Shown here: positions 26,460 to 32,000 of the stretch, one piece after another | Layout: every line of letters begins with the position of its first letter | How positions within the stretch are numbered: the stretch's first letter is position 1 | Assembly: GCF_003044035.1 (NCBI RefSeq) | Contig: NZ_NVQC01000022.1 | Location: 120,001-152,000, forward strand | DNA length: 32,000 bases | Reading direction: 5' to 3' | Source: Candidatus Methylomirabilis limnetica | GTDB lineage: Bacteria; Methylomirabilota; Methylomirabilia; Methylomirabilales; Methylomirabilaceae | Program-made: the position numbers and the translations under genes | The notes under the pieces: model-generated | Database searches by the model: none | What the model was told of the DNA's origin: nothing | Seen by the model: the letters and a program-made list of their open reading frames with translations, nothing else

Positions 26460-26951
26460 TCAAGGACCTATCGCACTTTCGGCGGCGGGCGGAGAAGCCG
26501 TCAAGGGTTTGGCTTGCCTTGTTTTCGGCACTTTTCCTTTGTCCTCACGCCGACCACGGCGGCTGGCCGGCTTTGCGGCAGGCGCGGCGTCTACGCCGAC
26601 CCCTGCCAGCTCGATAGCTGCGAGCGGGGCACCGTCCCCCATTCTATACTCCAGCTTCGTCATCCTCGTATAGCCACCGTTTCGATCCTTATAGCGGGTC
26701 CCGATTGCATCAAACAGCTTTTTTAAGACGGTCTCGTCCATGACAACCTCGGCTGCCTGTCGGCGCGCATGCAAATCCCCACGCTTGGCCAGCGTAATAA
26801 TCTTGTCTGCCAGTTTGCGCAGCTCCTTGGCCTTCGCCTCAGTTGTGACAATCTTCTCGTACTGGAAGAGCGATGTTACCAGATTACGGAGGAGCATCTC
26901 TCGATGAGCCGTTGTTCGGCCGAGCTTCCTCCCAGCGATTCTGTGCCGCAT
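26460..26951 (-). CDS. rplQ: 50S ribosomal protein L17 with a C-terminal extension.
   Basis: It begins [45 protein letters not shown]. The core ends near residue 116 and is followed by a tail of about 47 aa rich in Ala, Pro and basic residues. Confidence 0.93.
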   Translation of the reverse strand: MRHRIAGRKLGRTTAHREMLLRNLVTSLFQYEKIVTTEAKAKELRKLADKIITLAKRGDLHARRQAAEVVMDETVLKKLFDAIGTRYKDRNGGYTRMTKLEYRMGDGAPLAAIELAGVGVDAAPAAKPASRRGRREDKGKVPKTRQAKPLTASPPAAESAIGP

Positions 26952-26991
26952 AGCAGATACTCCCGCCTGACTGACTAAAATCCTGCCAGGC

Positions 26992-28020
26992 TTAGGCCCC
27001 CGTTAAGACCTTCGAGGTCTTATCGCCTCGTTTCCCGAAGGGTTCGCCAACAGGGAGACCTTCCAGTTTCATTCCTAAGGTCAACCCCATACCGACAAGG
27101 ATCTCCTTGATCTCATTCAGAGACTTCCGACCGAAATTCTTTGTCTTCAGCATCTCGGGCTCACTCTTGACTACCAACTCGTAGATATGGTGAATGTCAG
27201 AGTGCTTCAAGCAATTAGCCGACCGTACCGAAAGCTCCAGCTCGTCGACACTTCGATTCAAGTTGTCCACTAGCTGTTTCTTTGCCTCGTCGACGACTAC
27301 CCCCTCCCTCTCTGGCTCTTCCTCAAAGTTGGTAAATATGCTCACGTGATCCTTGAGGGTCTTTGCCGCATACGCAATGGCGTCCCGAGGCAGGATGCTG
27401 CCGTCAGTCCATACCTCCATGGTCAGCTTATTGTAGTCGGTGATCTGGCCGACACGGGTGTCTTCAACCAGGAAAGTAACCTTCCGAATCGGGGAGAACA
27501 TAGAATCTATGGCGATAACATCAACGGGTTGCCCCTCTCGCTTGTTTCGCTCTGCAGGGACATACCCTCGCCCATGACACACCTCCAACTCCAGATCGAG
27601 ATTGCCATCCAACGCCAGGGTCGCAATATGTAGGTCAGGGTTTAAGATCTCGACATCAGGATCGGGAGTGATATGTGCTGCTCGAACCTCCCCCTCTGAA
27701 AACGCCTTGAGGTGCAGGGTCTTGGGGTGATCTACGTGCAACTTGATCCGCAGCCCCTTGAGGTTGAGGATGATATCGCTCACATCTTCTTTTACTCCAG
27801 GGATGCTTGTGAATTCATGCAGCGCCCCGGTGATTCGAATCGATGTTACCGCGGCCCCCTCAATCGCGGAGAGGAGGATGCGCCGAAGCGCATTACCGAT
27901 GGTCAATCCGAATCCGCGTTCGAAAGGCTCTGTGACAAACTTACCGTATGTGCTGGTCAGAGATTCCAGTTCGCACTCCAGCCGCTTTGGCTTCTGGAGG
28001 CCCTTAATCTTCTGAATCAT
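26992..28020 (-). CDS. rpoA: DNA-directed RNA polymerase alpha subunit.
   Basis: 342 aa. It has ..[22 protein letters not shown].. and the C-terminal-domain segment [24 protein letters not shown]. Confidence 0.95.
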   Translation of the reverse strand: MIQKIKGLQKPKRLECELESLTSTYGKFVTEPFERGFGLTIGNALRRILLSAIEGAAVTSIRITGALHEFTSIPGVKEDVSDIILNLKGLRIKLHVDHPKTLHLKAFSEGEVRAAHITPDPDVEILNPDLHIATLALDGNLDLELEVCHGRGYVPAERNKREGQPVDVIAIDSMFSPIRKVTFLVEDTRVGQITDYNKLTMEVWTDGSILPRDAIAYAAKTLKDHVSIFTNFEEEPEREGVVVDEAKKQLVDNLNRSVDELELSVRSANCLKHSDIHHIYELVVKSEPEMLKTKNFGRKSLNEIKEILVGMGLTLGMKLEGLPVGEPFGKRGDKTSKVLTGA

Positions 28021-28044
28021 TAAAACACCCTCCCACGCCCACCA

Positions 28045-28671
28045 TTATTTGGAGTACAGCGCAACGATCAACTGCTCCTCCACGGGGATAGCGATCTCCT
28101 CTCGGGATGGGATCGATCGGACAACCCCCTTCATGTTGGTCGGATCAAGCTCTAGCCAACTCGGCAACGTTCGCCGCTTTGCCACTTCGAAGGCCGTCTT
28201 AATTGCCATTATTTCGCGACTCTTTGGCCGCACCTCGATGGTCTCGCCTGGACGAACCAGATAGGAAGCAATATCGGTCTTTCGCCCATTGACGAGGATG
28301 TGCCCGTGGGTAATCAATATTCTCGCCTGTGCGCGGGATGCGGCAAATCCGAGGCGATGGACAACGCTGTCCAGCCGTTGCTCCAGAATCTTGACAAGGT
28401 TTTCGCCCGTAATCCCTGTCTGTCGCTCGGCCATACGATAGTATTTTCGGAACTGTGTTTCCAGGACACCGTAGATTCGGCGCATCTTCTGCTTCTCGCG
28501 AAGCTGCCTGCAGTAATCCGAAACCTTTGTTCGTCGTTGGCCATGCATGCCTGGAATGAAATTCCGCTTCTCAATGGCACATTTGGTAGAGAGGCAACGA
28601 TCCCCTTTCAGGAACAGCTTCAGCCCTTCCCGCCTGCAAAGCTTGCACGCAGAATCCAGATACCTAGCCAC
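28045..28671 (-). CDS. rpsD: 30S ribosomal protein S4.
   Basis: The GTG at 28671 gives (M)[25 protein letters not shown].., the canonical S4 N-terminus. GGAGGAGG lies 5 nt upstream. The track start at 28719 adds 16 non-conserved residues. Confidence 0.93.
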   Translation of the reverse strand: MARYLDSACKLCRREGLKLFLKGDRCLSTKCAIEKRNFIPGMHGQRRTKVSDYCRQLREKQKMRRIYGVLETQFRKYYRMAERQTGITGENLVKILEQRLDSVVHRLGFAASRAQARILITHGHILVNGRKTDIASYLVRPGETIEVRPKSREIMAIKTAFEVAKRRTLPSWLELDPTNMKGVVRSIPSREEIAIPVEEQLIVALYSK

Positions 28672-28788
28672 GAGCCCCTCCTCCCCAGAGGGTAGTGTCA
28701 CCCCCCGTCTCACTGACACTTCCGCGGATTACGATCCTGGCCTCCCTTCCGAGGGTCATTGGACGATATATCGGCCAGAACAACCGTC

Positions 28789-29199
28789 TCATACTCGTCT
28801 CCGCTTGGACGCGCGACAGCCGTTATGGGGAATCGGCGTCACGTCCTTAATCGTCGAGACCTCCATACCTGCCGCCTGTAGGGCCCGAATGGCGGATTCC
28901 CGACCGGCGCCTGGCCCCTTGATATACACCTTCACTTCTTTCATGCCCTGGCTCATCGCCCTCTGCGCAGCACTATCCGCAGCCCTCTGCGCAGCAAATG
29001 GGGTACTCTTCCGGGAACCCTTGAACCCCACAGACCCCGCACTAGCCCATGCAACAACATTGCCTGTCATATCTGTGATGGTGACAATAGTATTGTTGAA
29101 TGTCGCCTGGACGCAGGCGATTCCGTGAGCGATGTTCTTGGTCTCTTTTTTACCTCCCGTACGTCCCGCCGGACGTCTCGGTTTTACCTCCTCAGCCAT
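28789..29199 (-). CDS. rpsK: 30S ribosomal protein S11.
   Basis: 136 aa, with ..[30 protein letters not shown]... A GGAGGAAGA ATG ribosome-binding site is present. Confidence 0.95.
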   Translation of the reverse strand: MAEEVKPRRPAGRTGGKKETKNIAHGIACVQATFNNTIVTITDMTGNVVAWASAGSVGFKGSRKSTPFAAQRAADSAAQRAMSQGMKEVKVYIKGPGAGRESAIRALQAAGMEVSTIKDVTPIPHNGCRASKRRRV

Positions 29200-29311
29200 T
29201 CTTCCTCCATCAGGTCAACAGGCCATTGAGCAACTGCATCATCGCGCATAGACGCTGGTTCTCACCTGTACCAAGCGGGACAATCCGGCGCCCTCAGCGC
29301 GATCTGTCCGG

Positions 29312-29686
29312 TTATACTTTCTTGCTTTTCATACCTACCGTCCGGCGAGGCCCCTTACGCGTCCTGGCATTGGTGCTGGTTCGCTGGCCACGAACAGGAA
29401 GACCCCGGCGATGCCTGAGACCACGGTAGGCGCCAATGTCCATGAGCCGCTTGATGTTCATAGAGATCTCACGCCTGAGGTCGCCTTCTACCCTGTAGTT
29501 CCCTTCAATGGTCCGCCGCAGCTTCGCGATCTCCTCTTCAGTGAGGTTCTTGACGCGGACATCCGGAGTGACTCCGGAGTCCCGTAAGATTTTATGCGAA
29601 GCAGAGCGACCGACGCCGTAAATATACGTTAGCGCAATCTCAAGACGTTTTTCCCTCGGAAGATCTACCCCGGCGATGCGTGCCAT
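29312..29686 (-). CDS. rpsM: 30S ribosomal protein S13.
   Basis: It begins [34 protein letters not shown]. An AAGGAG SD lies upstream. Confidence 0.95.
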   Translation of the reverse strand: MARIAGVDLPREKRLEIALTYIYGVGRSASHKILRDSGVTPDVRVKNLTEEEIAKLRRTIEGNYRVEGDLRREISMNIKRLMDIGAYRGLRHRRGLPVRGQRTSTNARTRKGPRRTVGMKSKKV

Positions 29687-29700
29687 ACAGCTCCTTCTCT

Positions 29701-29801
29701 TAGTTCAGAGTGCATGGTTCATAGTTCATAGAACGGCGCTCAAACACGCGACACCATCTCTTACATGAACTCTAAACTCTGAACTGTGAACTGTGAACCA
29801 T
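29701..29801. repeat. Palindromic heptamer array: (NNGTTCA)x4-5, then (NNTGAAC)x5.
   Basis: The left units at 29701-29735 read tagttca gagtgca tggttca tagttca tagaacg. The right units at 29764-29798 read catgaac tctaaac tctgaac tgtgaac tgtgaac. Positions 29714-29731 pair with 29784-29801, giving 18 bp of which 2 are T-G on the plus strand. An alternative register pairs 29702-29711 with 29776-29785. Confidence 0.85.
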
Positions 29802-29915
29802 CTACCCTTGTCGTTGTTTGTGCCGAGGATTTTCGCACACTACCCGCAGCACTCTTTTACGTCTAACGACCTTGCACTTCTCACACATCGGCTTAACTGA
29901 CGCCCGCACCTTCAT
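29802..29915 (-). CDS. rpmJ: 50S ribosomal protein L36.
   Basis: Not in the ORF track because it is under 60 aa. The reverse complement gives [37 protein letters not shown] (37 aa). It sits in the canonical infA-rpmJ-rpsM position. Confidence 0.9.
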   Translation of the reverse strand: MKVRASVKPMCEKCKVVRRKRVLRVVCENPRHKQRQG

Positions 29916-29968
29916 AATAGCCCCCGCATCACAGAATCACTGATCGCCCTTGACCTTCAATCGTGATC

Positions 29969-30187
29969 CTATTTATATCGGTAAGTAATTCGCCCTCGCG
30001 TCAAGTCGTATGGAGACAGCTCCACTATCACCTTATCTCCGGGAAGAATCCGAATGAAATGCATGCGCATCTTTCCGGAGATGTGCGCAAGGACCTTGTG
30101 CCCGGTTTCCAGTTCTACACGAAACATAGCATTAGGTAAAGGCTCAACCACCGTCCCCTCAACTTCAACCGCCTCTTCCTTCGGCAT
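29969..30187 (-). CDS. infA: Translation initiation factor IF-1.
   Basis: The 72-aa sequence is [72 protein letters not shown]. Its start overlaps the map stop (TAATG). Confidence 0.95.
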   Translation of the reverse strand: MPKEEAVEVEGTVVEPLPNAMFRVELETGHKVLAHISGKMRMHFIRILPGDKVIVELSPYDLTRGRITYRYK

Positions 30188-30966
30188 TAGCGATCCGCTC
30201 CCTGAGGTGCTTCGTCCTCGGTTAGGCTGCTCAGCACCTCTGCCCCATCCTCGGTGAGCGCGACCGTGTGCTCAAAATGAGCGGAAAGGGAACTATCGCA
30301 TGTCACCGCTGTCCAGTGATCATCGAGGACCATGACGTCTGGGCCTCCGGCATTGGCCATCGGCTCAATGGCCAGGACTAACCCAGGTTTGAGCATAGGG
30401 CCTTGAGCTGGTGGTCCAAAGTTCGGAATCTGCGGTTCCTCATGAAGGGCCCGCCCAATCCCGTGACCAACAAACAGGCGCACAACTGAAAATCCTCTAC
30501 CCTCAACGACGGACTGGACAGCATGAGAGATGTCGGAGAGATGATTCCCGGGACGCGCAGCCATGATAGCGCGCGTAAGGGCATCTCGAGTCGCAACAAT
30601 CAAGCGCCTGGCACCCTCCGACACCTTCCCCACCGGAACCGTAATCGCAGCATCCCCGTAGTAGCCATCGACAATAACTCCGAGATCCAGACTTACGATG
30701 TCACCCTCATCGAGAATCCTCGCCGATGGGAACGCGTGGACTACCTGCTCGTTCACAGAAGCGCAGAGCGTATAAGGATAGCCCCGGTAGCCCTTGAACG
30801 CTGGCTTACCCCCTCGTCTTAAGATATAAGCCTCTGCAGCGCGATCCAACTCCAACGTAGTCAGCCCCGGCTCTATAAGTCTCGTCAGCCTATCGAGGGT
30901 TTCCGCCACGATTCGGCTGCTCTTTCGCATCAGATCAATCTCCCATGGGGACTTTAAGACCATCAT
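30187..30966 (-). CDS. map: Type I methionine aminopeptidase.
   Basis: 259 aa. It has the metal-ligand contexts ..[10 protein letters not shown].., ..FVGHGIG.. and ..LAIEPM.. / ..FEHTV... Confidence 0.93.
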   Translation of the reverse strand: MMVLKSPWEIDLMRKSSRIVAETLDRLTRLIEPGLTTLELDRAAEAYILRRGGKPAFKGYRGYPYTLCASVNEQVVHAFPSARILDEGDIVSLDLGVIVDGYYGDAAITVPVGKVSEGARRLIVATRDALTRAIMAARPGNHLSDISHAVQSVVEGRGFSVVRLFVGHGIGRALHEEPQIPNFGPPAQGPMLKPGLVLAIEPMANAGGPDVMVLDDHWTAVTCDSSLSAHFEHTVALTEDGAEVLSSLTEDEAPQGADR

Positions 30967-30974
30967 AACTATTC

Positions 30975-31622
30975 CTATCCGTCCCCTAAGGCCTGCTGCA
31001 CCCGTTGAGCAATTTCCTCGATCGTCCCCCGACCGTCGATCCGCCTAAGTAGCCCCATCGTATTGTAATATGCGATCAGAGGCTCTGTTTGCTCCCGGTA
31101 GACCCGAAGGCGATGGCGGCTCGTGTCCTCCTTATCGTCGTCCCTCTGGAAGAGGTGGTCCCCACAGCTATCGCATATCCCAATCTGCAGTGGCGGCTTC
31201 GTGTCAACGTGAAACATAGCCCCACAGGCTCGACAAATCCGTCTACCAGCGAGCCGCCTGACCAGATCGTCCTCAGACACCTCTACGCTGATAACCCAAT
31301 CTAACGGGGCTTGCAAAAGCCTCAGAACTCCCGAGAGTGCCTCTGCCTGGCGAAGCGTCCTTGGAAACCCATCAAGGATGTATCCGCTGGTACAATCAGG
31401 CCTGCGCAACCGCTCTTCGATAATCCCAATGACCACTTCATCCGGAACAAGGGACCCTTGCGCCATAATCGCCTTGGCGGTCTGTCCCATCTCAGAACCA
31501 TCAGCCACCGCTTGTCGCAGCAGATCGCCAGCAGAAACGTGTACAACGTCAGACTTAGCCATCAGTAGCCTGGCCTGCGTCCCCTTGCCAGCGCCAGGCG
31601 GTCCCAGCAAGACAAGCCGCAT
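30975..31622 (-). CDS. adk: Adenylate kinase with a Cys4 zinc lid.
   Basis: It begins MRLVLLGPPGAGKGTQA (P-loop). The lid reads CRACGAMFHV....CDSCGDHLFQRDDD. Confidence 0.95.
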   Translation of the reverse strand: MRLVLLGPPGAGKGTQARLLMAKSDVVHVSAGDLLRQAVADGSEMGQTAKAIMAQGSLVPDEVVIGIIEERLRRPDCTSGYILDGFPRTLRQAEALSGVLRLLQAPLDWVISVEVSEDDLVRRLAGRRICRACGAMFHVDTKPPLQIGICDSCGDHLFQRDDDKEDTSRHRLRVYREQTEPLIAYYNTMGLLRRIDGRGTIEEIAQRVQQALGDG

Positions 31623-31629
31623 TGCCTGA

Positions 31630-32000
31630 CTACCCTAGCCTGCCTTTAACTTGACCCTTCTTTAGGAATCCCTCATAGTTACGCATGAGCAAGTGAGACT
31701 CCACTTGCTGCACGGTATCCAGGGCCACGCCAACCACAATCAAAAGAGATGTTCCCCCAAAAAAGAACGGAACGTTCATTGAGCTGATCAATAATTCCGG
31801 AAGAATTGAGATCAGCGTAAGGTAGATCGCCCCAACAAGTGTAATCCGATCCAACACCTTCTCGATAAATTCCGCCGTCTTCGTTCCCGGTCGAATGCCC
31901 GGGATGAAGCCCCCGTGCTTTCTCATGTTGTCAGCAACGTCAGTCGGGTTGAAGACAATGGCCGTATAAAAGTAAGTAAAGAAAATGATCGCTACCGCAT
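31630..32000 (-). CDS. secY: Preprotein translocase SecY. Partial: C-terminal part only, and the ORF continues past the right edge.
   Basis: The frame stays open to position 32000. It reads ..[45 protein letters not shown].., the conserved SecY block. The stop is at 31630. Confidence 0.93.
   Translation of the reverse strand, partial: AVAIIFFTYFYTAIVFNPTDVADNMRKHGGFIPGIRPGTKTAEFIEKVLDRITLVGAIYLTLISILPELLISSMNVPFFFGGTSLLIVVGVALDTVQQVESHLLMRNYEGFLKKGQVKGRLG

Noticed and set aside
29200-29311. An unusually long (112 nt) rpsM-rpsK spacer that shares the 9-mer atagacgct with the 11720-11840 array.
   Set aside because: It has no tandem periodicity and no substantial inverted repeat. A single 9-mer match is likely to be chance.
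11720-29801. Whether the four repeat arrays could be CRISPR arrays.
   Set aside because: The units are 7-9 nt and directly abutting, with no spacers. Each locus contains both orientations. No cas genes are present. They are not CRISPR.

Overview
This window is almost entirely conserved housekeeping DNA, and every supported gene is on the minus strand. Hand counts on a few lines give GC in the high 50s percent.

Gene order, right to left:
- secY (partial), adk, map, infA, rpmJ, rpsM, rpsK, rpsD, rpoA, rplQ, then a hairpin terminator.
- An EF-G paralogue.
- rimP, nusA, a ylxR/L7Ae fusion, infB, DUF503, rbfA, a PHP phosphoesterase, truB, ribF, rpsO, pnp, an M16 peptidase.
- purB, purS, purQ, purL, hom, thrC.
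- A tRNA Gly-Cys-Leu operon with a near-consensus promoter.
- An accessory islet of about 2.9 kb.
- A secreted SH3/helical-repeat protein gene that runs off the left edge.

The accessory islet holds a low-GC orphan ORF, a RES/Xre toxin-antitoxin pair, a decayed group II intron reverse-transcriptase remnant and AT-rich repeats.

The ORF track misses two real genes. One is the edge-truncated ORF at 1..1417. The other is rpmJ, which is below the 60 aa cutoff. The track also over-extends several N-termini: purB, purS, purL, thrC, rpsD, rbfA, nusA, rimP and infB.

I see no multi-gene novel system. The least ordinary signal is four intergenic elements inside otherwise tightly packed operons. Each has a tandem array of 7-nt or 9-nt units followed by the same units in inverted orientation, so each can fold into a long imperfect hairpin. 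Two of them share a GTTCA/TGAAC core. I cannot assign them to any named repeat family from memory. All homology calls rest on motif recognition by eye, not on searches.
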